From assembly GCA_973895155.1 (NCBI GenBank), contig OZ316894.1:7526234-7590233 (forward strand): a stretch of DNA of 64,000 nucleotides. Reading direction: 5' to 3'. Below the pieces are notes generated by a model. The model was not told the origin of the DNA. It worked only from the letters and a program-made list of their open reading frames with translations, and did no database searches. Source of the stretch: Marsupella aquatica (taxonomy: Eukaryota; Plantae; Marchantiophyta). Positions 36,120 to 48,200 of this stretch are shown here, piece by piece; within the stretch, counting starts at the first letter, position 1; the number at the start of each line of letters is the position of its first letter. Position numbers and translations under genes: made by a program.

Positions 36120-39100
36120 ATGCACCCTGGTCACCACCCTCCCCAGACCCAGCCCAGGGCACAGGCACTGCCTTTGCATCATCCCACAAGGATATCACGC
36201 CATGATAATAAGCTTTGGCAGCGTGAAAGGTTACGAACCAGACTTTCAGGAGCCAGTAGGATGAGATGTCCTTGTGCAATCTGCCAAGGATCCCGTACCA
36301 GGGGTCTGAATGAGGTTTGGCGGCATATCGCGGTTCATGGAAGAGATCCACGACATCGAGTTTGGAATGATCCTGCAGAGGAAGATTCTTCCGACGAGGA
36401 GTGGAGGTTAGAATTTGATGCTGCCAATGCTGCAAGACGGGCAAGTGAGGTTCTGCCTGGTGCATTTGAAAATGTTGTAGCTGGTCTCTGTGGGTTGTCA
36501 GCTCTCCAACGGGATGGTGCTCAGGCAGCACCACGTGACGAAGGAATTCATGTGGAAGAGATGGTGAGAGACATCTTCCAAGACTTGGATGCATTTCATG
36601 ATGGGCTGGACAATGAAGAGGATACGGCTGCAGATGCAAGTGTGCCCCCTGTCGAAGAGCCTCTTGATGAGTTTGAGATAGGGCAGGAAACCCCTGGGCA
36701 TGATGGGATGTTTGGCTCTCCCCTGCAAATACAGGAAGGCAGGAAGTCTTTGTACCCCGGTAGCAAATGTTCTAAACTGGGATTTGTCATCATGTTCCTG
36801 AACATTTGCGGCAACCACAATGTCCCCAACGTTTTGGTTTCTGAGTTGTTGGCATTCTTGCGAACAACTGTGCTACCAGATGGTAATATTTTGCCCAAGA
36901 ACATGTACGAGGCAAAAAGATGCATATCTAATCTTGGATTGAACTATGATTCGATCCATGCCTGTCCTGATGGGCATGTTCTTTTCAGAAAGGAGTATAA
37001 AGAATCGTTGACATGCCCTAAGTGTGGGAAGCACAGGTATCGGAACTCAGGAAAGTCTATGGTTCCCGCCAAGGTACTTCGTCATTTTCCACTCATTCCC
37101 AGACTTCAGCGGATGTTCAGAAGCCGTGCCATCTCGGAGATGATGACTTGGGCAACTGACAAGAAAAGTGATGATGGGCTACAACGACATGCTGCAGATT
37201 CAAGGCAATGGAAACTCATAGATGAGATGTATCCCGAATTTGCTGCTGAGCCGAGGAATGTCAGACTTGGGCTGTCATTGGATGGGGTAAACCCATTTGG
37301 AGACAAGAACAACAAATTTTCATGCTGGCCTGTAACTATTTTGAATTATAACCTTCCTCCTTGGATGACTACAAAGCGATTTTTTGTTCTGATGGTCCTA
37401 CTGATACCAGGGCCAGACAGTGCTGTATCTGCCAACATAGATGTGTTTCTGGCTCCCCTAGTGGAGGAATTGAGAAAGCTTTGGGAGGAAGGAGTTCTCA
37501 CATATGATGTCCTACAGAGGCTTGGGAGGTTAAACCCATTCATCCTTAGAGCCATTGTCATTCTGACTATAGCTGACTACCCAGCCCATGGGATGATATC
37601 AGGCCAAACAACAAAAGGATATTGTGCTTGTACTATCTGTGGGCGCAATGTCACCAGTGAGTACTCCAGAGCCCTGCAGAAAGTGATATACATGGGCCAT
37701 CGTCGTTTTCTGAAGACAGATCACCCTTACAGAGAAAGACAGGCACTGATTGCACACTTTGGCAATGAGATTGAGCAACGTGGACCCCCGGCACGAGTGA
37801 CCAAAGAGGAGATCAGGCAGTGGGGAGCACTGAGGGATGACTATATCAAACGAGGGGGCAGGGAAGATGGAGTGAGTGATCCAATAAAGCGATATGGTGT
37901 AAAAAGACTGAGCATATTGGACTTGGAGCTCAAGTACTGGAGGGTAAGCCTCTTGGAGTTGATGCTAATTGGGATACATGTTTTGGTTCAGAGCATGTGC
38001 ATTCATTTCGAAGAGAGAGACTAAACTTGAGGCATTTCCTGACGCTTTTGCATTGCAACGATGCAGGAGTTTGAGCCAAGCAAACATAACATTGATGTTA
38101 TGCACATTGAAAAGAATATTTGTGAGAGTCTACTCAGATTCTTGTGTGGAGAGAAAGACACTGGTTCAGTGAGATTGGATCTTGAACAGAGGGGAATGAA
38201 ACCCCATCTTTGGTTGAGGCCACATGCCCACAGAGCTGATGTGCTCTTGAAGTACCAAGCGCCCTATGTTCTGACAGACACAGAGTGGGAACTATTTGTG
38301 CAGAGGTTGAGTTCTTTGAAGGTTCCTTCAAACTATGGCAGTGCTTTCAAGAAGCATATCATGACTAGAAAGCTTGGTAGTATGAAAAGCCATGACTACC
38401 ATATGTTGATGCAACAGGTGTTGCCTTTATGCCTGAGGGGCCTGTTGCAGAAGCCTGTTCGTACTGTGATCATGCGACTCAGTGATGTGTTTCATCGTAT
38501 TTGTGTGAAGGTTTGGGATGAAACACACTTCCCACAACTGACAGAAGATGTCGCTCAGGTGCTGTGTGACCTGGAGATTTATTTTCCTCCCGCATTTTTT
38601 GATGTCATGACCCACCTACTTGTCCATGTTGTGGAAGAGCTACACCAATTTGGGCCTGTGAGTGCTCGTTGGTTGTACCCTTTGGAACGGTACATGAAGC
38701 TACTCAAAGGTCACGTGAGAACATATTACAAACCTGAAGCAAGCATGGCTAAAGGTTACATCAAGGATGAGACTCTGGGATTTCTGACCGAATACATAGC
38801 ACAATATGAGCATGTGAAGACCAGGGTGTGGAATTCTGATGAGGAGGAAGGGGTGGTAGGTGAAGTACTGGAAGGGGCTGCAACCACAAAGAACCTGACC
38901 ATATCTATGAGAGACTTGGCACATGACTTTGTATTGCACAACACTGTGGTGATGGAACCCTGGATACAGTGAGTGCATACATGTGCTATAATCCAGTTCA
39001 TGAGCTTAAATGTTGTGTTCGTGTGGTTTTCTCCTTCAGCCTGTTCATGTTTACCCAAGCTAATGCTGTGTGGTTGTTCGTTCAGGGAGTATGAGTCATT

Positions 39101-39851
39101 GAAGGCGGCCCATCCCACTGCAGGAACAACTTTTCCAGGTTTCATGGAGTGGATCAGAGTGGCAATTAGAGAGCATCACGAGACCCACCCAGACATGGAT
39201 GCAGATGTTTACCTACTGTCTAATGCCCCTAGCCTGAAAGTGAAGACTTACAAACGGATGAGAGCATATGGGAATCACTTCCGAGTGAAGGATGGTGACA
39301 GTGCCTACAGGGTGACGAATGACTGCGGGCTCATCACTGTATTTGAGCAACAGAGCCACAATCACGACAGGGCCTGGATGGAGATGGGATATGTGGGAGA
39401 ATTAGTTGACATATGGGCTCTGGACTATGGGGCGGTGTCCAGTCCTGTGATTCTTATGAAAGGTTCATGGGTGCGGCAGGATTGGCTTGGTAACAGGGCT
39501 ACCATGAAGAGAGACAACGACGGTTTCTTGCTGGCCAATTTCAGAGGGAAATTGCCCGAATGGTCTGAGCCATTTGTGTTTCCTAGTCAGGTGGAGCAAG
39601 CTTTCTTCCTGGATGTGGAAGACTCCCCAGGTTGGCGTGTAGTGTGTCATAAACAGGCCAGGCAACGCCGGATGGAAGGATCAAACCTTGAGTTTCATTT
39701 ACACTCTCATAGTGCCTTTGATCGTCGGCGTTCAGACCAAGTGCCTGTAGTTCATGATAGCGGGGACTTCATTCCTGTGACAAGGGTAGATGCATTTGCT
39801 GAAGGAGGCGAATTCAGAGATGCAGATGCCAACAGTGTGCCTGTGCCATGA
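36120..39851 (+). CDS. CACTA transposase Tnp2/TnpD (transposase-associated, Transposase_21, DUF4218 and DUF4216-type domains), about 1,163 aa
   Basis: Exons 36120-37943, 38067-38968 and 39086-39851 (GT-AG, in phase; true start may be a later ATG). Motifs: CPCAIC...HIAVHG, IHACPDG...CPKCG..RY, RNVRLGLSLDGVNPF, DYPA, DVMHIEKN, MKSHDYH, FPPAFFDVMTHL..H, WLYPLERYM, EPFVFPSQVEQAFF. Catalytic D-D-E candidates are intact and there are no stops. Confidence 0.95.
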
Positions 39852-40007
39852 GTAATGTGAATTGTTTGCATAGACATTAGTGAGGGGAAGGATGTGTAAT
39901 AAAGTAATTCTGAAGCAACACAGATGTATGGATGGATGCCTGGTGATTGTGGTTGCATTGTGTTATACGGGGTGACCATAGATGACATGTTTTTGTGGTC
40001 CAGTAGG

Positions 40008-43000
40008 ATGGAACAGAGTGACACAGAGATGTGTGAGTATGAAAGGAAAGCTATGGAACAACGAGCATACGTGAAAGCCAAAATCGCAGAACTGGATCTG
40101 GTAAAGGATGTGGCTGAATTGTAAGGGAACGATTCTCAACTACACCCCTCCGCTGAGTTTGTGTGACATGAATAGTTCAATGTGGCACTGAAATTGTGAC
40201 TGTATTCTCATATTGGAATGTCGCAGAGCCACAGCATTTTCAAAGAAACAAAAGGAGTACGCAAGAAGGGTGACCAGCACTATCTCTGGGCCTGTGCGTC
40301 GGAGTGACAGGTTGAGCAAGAAGGTCGTACCTACAATGGCAGAATGTGGAGATGACATTGATGCTGCACAGGTGGGTGCAGACACTAGACAAGAAGATGC
40401 AGATGATGAGTATTTTCCAGAGGAAATGGATGAGGATGGGGGTTATGAAGATGAATACATTGCAGAGCAGCCCCAAAAGAAACATGTAAGTAGTTTTCCC
40501 AACAAGGTTTTGAGTTAAAAACTCTTGTTTAGAGGTTTCATATGTTCAGTACTACACATATGTACCTTGCTTAGTTCCTGACATTGTAGTTGGTGATGTG
40601 ATGCAGCGTCCTGCCAGTTCTGTTTTGCCTTCGAAGCCTGTGCATGCACCATACCAGCAGGGGGGGCTGACCTCTGATCAAGGTTGGCGAGGTGGTAGTA
40701 GTGGTAGATCCCAGGCTGGTGCCCAATACTATGGCAGGGGGCAAGCTCTAGGTTATGCCCGTGGTAGAGGCAGAGCAGGTCCAAACCCACAATCTCGTGG
40801 GTATGGACGTCCACCTCAACCGTGGGGATGTGAGTATATATCTATATGCCAGTTCTTTGTGAAGGCATGGCACTCCTGAATTTCAGACTGCATATCAATT
40901 TTTGACATTGTTTGGGATGTATTGGATTCAGACAACATGAAATTCTGTCCACCTGCCATTGCATGCAGATTCTGCCCAACCTGATTGGGCAAATGCTAGT
41001 AATGATCAGTTCCAATGTCCACAAGGACAGACATGGGTTGAACCAGGTTGGGAGGATGGTGGTGGGTCGTGGAATGAACAAGGTTGGGAAGGTGGTGAAG
41101 GTAATTGGCAGGGATATCAAAATTCAGTACCTACAAACGCTGGAAGAGGAGCAGGTAATGTCTGATCTTGTCAGCAATGGAAGAACTCATTATATGTGGA
41201 GTCCATTCACGTGGGGGGGACTCTGCACATGTATAATGATAGAAAATGTATGTGTGCAGGTTGGACAGTCGAACCATCGACTCAAGTATTCACTAATGCC
41301 CCTATGCAGATGCAGCACGGAAGGGGGACAGGTATGTCGGTGAATGTTCAGTTGTTTTCCTACAGTTTGTACTTAGTTTTCAGTACATATGTTTGCACAC
41401 ACATACCTAGAAAGTGACATCATCCGGCCCCTGTACTAGGCTGGACAGGTGGTCCAGGGTCGCAACAATTTCAGAGTGCAGTCCCTGCACAGGCATCTAC
41501 AGGCAAAGCTACAGGTATGTATGTTTGAAGAATTTTTCTTGAAGTGAAGCATTGAATGTTGCCGTCATCCATTCTGCTATATGTAGTTCTCAAGCATGAA
41601 TGGCATTGTATTTTCCCAGGTGGCTTCAGAACCCCAGGTAGGGTGAATGAAGGGGTGGCCAATACAACGCCCAGTACTACCGAGAGCAGTGCACGAGGGG
41701 AGGTGACAAAGAAAGGGAACGTAAAGTTGAATGAGAGACAATGGGTGGATGCTGAGTGTCCTCGCAAGAACCGATGGCATGCTGATTTGAAAGCTGAAGT
41801 ATTGCGTTGGTTAGATGTGAGTGTTATTAATTTTAAAAAACAGCATCCAAAAGATTGGAAGACTGTATGTGAAAATGTTGCTGCCAAATGGAATTATGTG
41901 GGCAGTGATGATGGCGTGGACATAGGTTGCCTAGAGAGTACAGCAGGTAAAATTATCAAGCAAGAGAGGTGGAGAATGCATAAGGCTTGGAAGGAAGGTG
42001 GGGAGAAGCCAGATATGCCTCCACCAGCCAGTTGTGATGATAAAGTGTGGGCAAGGTTAGTAGCTTATTTTGTAACAGATGCTTCAAAAAAGAAGAGTTC
42101 ACAGATGACCGAGGCCAGGTTGAGTGTTCAGAACCCTAATCTGACAGGAAGGACCGGCACTGCACCGACAGCTAAACGTTTGGTAAGAATGAATGGCCTA
42201 GCTATGTAATTTATGCTACACTATGTACTATTTTTTAGTGTAAACCCATACATGTAAACTTTGTTTTTTAGTGTACGTTCCCTGAATATTGATCGATAAC
42301 TTGTGTTTGCCATGCATGTGCAGAAAGCCCAATTGGGGCAAAGCCCTTCAAAAGAAGAGTTGAGGGCTGAAATTGTGAACACCCGGGCTCAAGAGGGTGC
42401 ATCTGAATCCTCCAAGCATGTAAGTTATATGAGTTCTGATTGGTAATTGAATGACCTGCGTTGAATTTCAGGTGTACACTGTATATAACATTGATTGTGC
42501 ATATATTGCCCAACATTTCATATGGAGTGATTGAACCTATACCCCTGTGTCATGTAGGGAGGTGGATCTTCACTTACAGAGATAAGTGGTCGTTTGAAGG
42601 CTGTCGAAACATGTCTTCCAGAGATCAATGAACGTTTGAATTCATTGACTGACTTGTTCCATGTGAACTTCAAGACATTAATGGAAGCTGTTGTGTCGGT
42701 GAGAGATAAAATTGATTCCAATTCTGCAGGAGTTCCACCATCACCACTTGAGGTGGCAAAGTCGATGCACTCTTCTGGCATGCCAACGACATGTAGGCTT
42801 GAAGGTAAGGCCTTTACAACTGTGTGGGATATGATTATTAAATGTATAGTTTGAATTGACATTGTTTGTTGAATGTGTTATTTTCAGTAACATATATTGT
42901 GGTTGTTGTGTCCATAGAGAATAAGACAGGTGCTACAGAGAAGAAGTATGAGAACCTGGCAAATACTCGCTGTAATTTAGAGGCAACAAAGTTGCAGTCT

Positions 43001-43714
43001 GTACAAGCAACTTGTTTGACAGAGGGCAGTCAACCATGTTTGGATGAGGATGACATTGGCAAGGGAGTGGATGATATCAATGTTGGGGCAAATGAGGATA
43101 TCAGCAAGCATGACAATGATACCATTGAGCCAGATTCATGCTATGTAGATCTTGACTCCATTGCAGAGATAAATGATTTGCAGAATGTATCATTCTCAAT
43201 GACAGGTGTGCCTCTTGTTGAGATAAATCCAACCAAAGAGTTAGTTGGTATGACACTCCCAGGTGATGAACCTGCTACTGTGACAGTCCTAACAGAGGAA
43301 CCTACTGAGCCTAGCTTCACTACTGTGAAGAGAGGAAGCATGCGCACACGAAGCAAGTCTGCTGGTGGGAGCAGAGCCACGTCAAAGGTTTCATACAAAC
43401 CTCCAAGAACAGTGCTGGCAGAAAGATCTAAGGTGGAAGTGGGGAAAGCACCTAATGCTGAGGGACAAAGTGGCTTGTTAGCTGTTGATGAGAGTGGAAC
43501 ACGAGTAGGATTTGCCAGAGTGCAGGTTGGTTCCACAACGTTCCATGGCAAGAGGATTCCCCCAGGTTATTCAGTAGTGTTAGTCACATTACTAGTGAAA
43601 CCTAAAGCTGTCCTTCCCATTCCAAACACAAATGATGATCCTCCTCAAAAGACACTTGGAGATGCTGCAGGTTCTTTGGTATTATGGCCAAGCAAGTTCA
43701 TAGAGGATCCATAA
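40008..43714 (+). CDS. CACTA ORF2 (TnpA-like / Transposase_24-type) protein, about 876 aa, with a GW/RG-rich segment
   Basis: In-phase GT-AG exons: 40008-40120, 40227-40485, 40607-40829, 40969-41154, 41260-41331, 41440-41514, 41620-42182, 42324-42419, 42558-42804, 42918-43714. Motifs: CEYERKAMEQR, WARLVAYF...KSSQMTEAR....NLTGRTG, and C-terminal FHGKRIPPGYSVV...TLGDAAGSLVLWP typical of CACTA ORF2. Confidence 0.8.
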
Positions 43715-44214
43715 CAATGTCATGCCATTATTTGTTTGTAGTGTGAGTCATGTTATGTAGATTTTAGATGTCAAGAAGCAGTACAAGAATCATGTCCTCT
43801 TGGAGATTCATAGTATCATGCATGTGCTTTCAGTTATCTCATCCTACAGTCATCAATTATGAGTTCCTGTTTTGTCTAAATTACATTGATCACATTGTAA
43901 ACTATTCCATTGGAATTCAAATGATCTTCATTTTTTAGCAAGATTGTGATTGTGTTTAATTCTTATGAATGTTTTATGTAGGATCTGCTTATATGATGCT
44001 TTGTTTCATGTGGATGTCATTCATGCTATGTTCATTTCTTGTATTCAATGTGTTATATTTCTAAAGTTAGAACATCAGGTTTCTATGTATTGTAATGTCG
44101 AGTGCTCTCTCTTCTTATGAACTGTCCCTCTGTGTTCATTAGTCATGGTTATAACTTGCATGTGAACCTTATTAGTTATAAACATGAGTATATAGAGTCC
44201 CAAATGGTTCTGTT

Positions 44215-44545
44215 GTGTGACGCGGGCCAGGGTCTCCATTGGTCTCTCCTGTGACACTAAATAGTCACACGCTAGTTGTTGTTGAATGCGGGTAAGTCAT
44301 GTATGTGACTTACGATGTGACTCGCTGAAGTCATATTGCAGTCACGTCGAAACAAGGCTAGACTCCACAATAAAGTCACAGATCAGTCACAAATGGGTAT
44401 CAAGCAAGTTGCAAAGCCCAGTATCAATAGTGACTTCCATTTTTTGGTCTCAACTTTTGCAACTCCAAGGGTCACAGCGTGGGTCAAGTCACGTTGAGTC
44501 ACAATGAAGTCACATGAGCCAAAATGAGTCATATATTGCGGTCTC
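44215..44545. repeat. Right subterminal repeat cluster of the CACTA element (AGTCAC/GTGACT motifs in both orientations)
   Basis: More than ten (a)gtcac/gtgac(t)-like motifs within about 330 bp of the right TIR, with sparser counterparts at 25985-26165. En/Spm subterminal repeats are known TnpA-binding sites. Confidence 0.75.
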
Positions 44546-44649
44546 AGTTCACCTCGGATTCTTCTAGTGCATTGTGTCTTATATTTTTGCAAGCTAAACA
44601 ATTATTTATTAGACAATGACATGGGAAGAGGGCTTTAAAGATGATTATG

Positions 44650-45200
44650 ACAATATACTTAGAAAAGGGCTAAACAAAGTACAATGAAGGACAAACAAAA
44701 GTGGTCCAACAAACATCAAAATTAAAAGAAGGGAACAACTGGAAACCCCAAACACTTCGAAAGAGGAAAAGAAACTACAGGGGAAAGAGCCAGTACCAAT
44801 GCCGTAGTGTGAGTAGCTAATGGGCCACAGGTAGGCCATATAGCAGGATGAGCTAATGGTCTACCTCGAGGATTGTAACTAAGTCTGCAAGGGGGGTCAA
44901 GGGGGGCAAGCAGTTGTGGAGGCACACTGGTCTGGATGTCCTGTAAGGGGGGCAAGCCGCTGTGGAGGCACACTAGTGCCCACGACTACAGATAGAAGAT
45001 AGATTGCTTGAGCCCCAGCTTGAGCTTGAGCAAGTTGTAGCATCACAAATACCCACTGGTGAAAGTGTCTGGTCAAAATGGACAATGGTGGTCCAACTGA
45101 ACCTGCTGCTTGTGAATTTTGCGACCTGCAGCTTTAAAGTTGGCCAACACTCTGTAAGGCCATGAGTGGTGCATGAGCAGTGAGGAGACCCGCAAGCACA
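44650..45200 (-). pseudogene. 5'-truncated, degenerate 3' fragment of a CRE-like non-LTR retrotransposon
   Basis: The minus-strand translation GPPLSILTRHFHQWVFVMLQLAQAQ...AIYLLSVVVGTSVPPQRLAPL aligns with the C-terminus of the element at 58963-61410 (GPPLSVLTTHFRQRISVTLQRAQARAVYRRSLTVGASVTPQRLAPL). A T-rich 3'UTR-like tract follows. Confidence 0.8.
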
Positions 45201-48200
45201 TCACCTAAAATTAATTTGTTCTTGCTTTAAGACACCTCTACAAAGATACAAGACAAAAATCAAACAATTAAAAAATGAAAAACAATGATTGAAACAGAGG
45301 TCCAAGTAAGTAGGAGATAGTGGCAAAAGGAGACAGATGCTTGTGGTAATTTACAACTTCCTCTTAGTTATTATCTTTGTGTGTATTATAAGTGACCCCA
45401 ATTAGGAGTCCCTTGCAAATTCCTGGCACTAGAGTGTGTCACATCAGCAAGGATATCTCTAGCTCTAGTTGCTACCTCAAATGAATTCACCCTCTTGCTA
45501 GTTCCATGATGAATATATGAGCACATTGATCAATACAATGCTTCAACAAAATTGCTAAGTGACTATTTTCAAATTACCAGAAGTGGTTACAAATAACTGT
45601 GGTGATCAAACTGGTATTGGTTCAAACACCACCCAAAAGACATTTGGCCGTTTACCGCTAATACCTTTCAAATATGTTTTTGAAGCTTTTTCCAAAGATG
45701 CACTAAAATTTCAGGTCACGAGGAACACATTCCTTGAAGACATTCATTGATTTACTAAATCAAACTAAGCTCATGAATCTAGTCTTCCATTTCAAAGGTC
45801 GCAATGACCCGGGTCCCCCACGTCTTTTCTTTTGACCCATTGCATTAGAATATCCCATAAAGCTAGAGGTAAAACTAATAAAAAGCTTATTTTCTTATAT
45901 TGTAGGGTTTTTCTTACCCAAAAACATTTGTGCGATGTGGGATCTCCCTTGGAGTGAGGCACACAAGTACAATGAGAGAAATTAGACAATAAATTAAGAC
46001 CTCTCTTGGAGTGAGGCACACTGACAAGCACAAATGTGCTTAAAAGCATGTTTGATAAAATCTTCTTTCTCTCTTCTGAATCTTTAAACAATTGTATTCT
46101 GTACCAGCCCATTGATGGGGAAAACCAGCAATGGAAGCATAGTTACCAACATCCAGTAGGGTGAGACAGGCCAAAGCAGCCCCAAAAACAGCAACAAAAA
46201 TTGTGGGGGGCCCAGCCAAATGACCCCAAAGAGCACAAGCAGACTGCAACACCTTCACAGCCTCACAGACAAGAGCAATTAACAGGGGATTGACCCCTTA
46301 TGTCAATGTCAAGAAAAGTCAGCAGTGGGCAATAAGCAAGAGTTTCAGACATGTCACCAAGTGTCATTCCAAGGATTCAACAATCAGGCACTGGGGGCAG
46401 CCTACCGGTAGTGTGCAAGAGTACCAATGCTTACTGACATATCCTACTAGTAGTACCAAAAGCCAGTTGTAATTACACTAATGTGACCCTAAGTAAGTGG
46501 AGTTAGAGCAAAGAGGACCAAAACTAAAGCCCAGATGGACCTCCACTTTGTCTACGAAGCCCAGATAGACTGGCAACGCTTGGATGGACTTGTTTAGAAC
46601 ATTTAAACTGACTCACATAACATTGCTTACACTTTTGACTGCAACGTGATCTGTAATCAGTTTTCTTATTGTTTGCAGCCGGTTTCAATTGCTTTATCAA
46701 ACTGGTTTCTTTGGTAACTTGACTACCTTGAACCTGAAGGACGTCAAGATGTCATAGCATTACTCAGGATCACCATGAAATCTTGACTACTTTCTCCCCA
46801 AGGTAGTCAAACTTGCCAACTGCGATCTGCTACCGGTTCTTTTCCTTTTTGTAGTAAGAGCAACAATAGCTTTAAATGCATTGCATGGGGATAGGATGGG
46901 ACAATGTGTACATAAAACAAGCATCAATTGTGTACATAAAATGATGTTATCTGAATAAAAACAACTATAGCAAGCTATTTGCAGGCATATGAAAATTTAA
47001 CTAGACATCTTGTCAAGCATTGTGAACACATTATTAGTTTTGGATGTTTAAGAATACTTCTTTGGGTTAGAATACTAAGATATACATTGTGATCCATCTA
47101 AATTTCAACTTGATGACGGTGTCGATGTGTAGGGATTTCTCGGACTTGTCCTTCTCCCTTATGACCTGCTCAAGTCGTATTCTTTCAGTGATATATATCA
47201 AATTTGCCTTTTTTCTGTGACTTTTCCCTTAATGTGACAATCACTTAAGGGAAACTTATATGACTTTAATTTACATTTCTCCCTTTCAGAATAATTTCTT
47301 TGGTGTTATTTTTGTGAGGCCCACTATATGGCATTGCACATGGCTATATACGAGAGACCCGTAAGCGAGCCCATAAGGCATAGGATACAACTTTGAGATC
47401 CAAGGAATCCTCTTAAATCATAACTTGCCTGATAAGAGAGATACAGGTTATATCCATAGCTCTCATTATAAATTCAATTTCAATAGGAGTGGACTTGCAC
47501 TGTCCAGGAGTTGTCTGGTAAGCATCGACAACGTTGCCTGCAGCATCGATCAACCCTCTCCAACTCGTGAGGTGGAGGATGAGTACTTCATATACGCTCT
47601 GCACTTGGAGAGCAAGTGTTGGAGTACCAATAGCATTCGGCAGATCAACGTCGTTGCCACTAGTATCAATTTCAATAGGAGTGGACTTGGGACTCCACCT
47701 TTTATGGTGAGTACAGTGTTCATCACATTTCAAGATTGAGCAGTAGTGAAGCAAGGAATGAGGCTATTATGTTGGCAGATGAGATTTAAATGTCTTAACT
47801 AGAAGGATATGCTTAGTGGACACTCTAGCAGAAAATGTTTGCTTGATCAGCCCCATGCAACTGGTGAGGGGGAGGTGGAGAGGGGCGGGGCCGTGCATCA
47901 AGCATAAATTATGGAAAACAATTGGTATTACTTATTGAAGAAGCATATATCTAGTGGAAAAAGATTTGATATTAATTATTCAAAACCCTTCATACTTCAG
48001 TGGATATAGGATTTGTATCTCAATACACTAAACCCTACTAGAGTGCACAATTTTTTGGATTATATATTAATTATTAATGATAAATAAAATAAAATAAAAT
48101 AAACGATAAAAAATAATAATAATGATACCAACTACTAAACTCTATAACTTACGATTGCAAATAATGCACCATACAATTTGACTTTTAAGTTTCCTTTGCT

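Larger units (their letters stand above)
25950..44569 (+). mobile_element. Complete CACTA (En/Spm) DNA transposon, 18,620 bp, apparently autonomous
   Basis: Left TIR CACTAGAAGAAACCG at 25950. Right end CGGATTCTTCTAGTG ends at 44569 (14 of 15 positions match). 3-bp TSD CAT at 25947-25949 and 44570-44572. Subterminal GTGACT/AGTCAC motif clusters at both ends. Intact Tnp2 and TnpA-like genes inside. Confidence 0.96.

Noticed and set aside
4870-44569. Functional link between the E(z) gene and the nearby chromatin-reader-carrying transposon
   Set aside because: They are 12 kb apart, and the TSD shows the element is an independent insertion. Proximity alone is not evidence in a plant genome.
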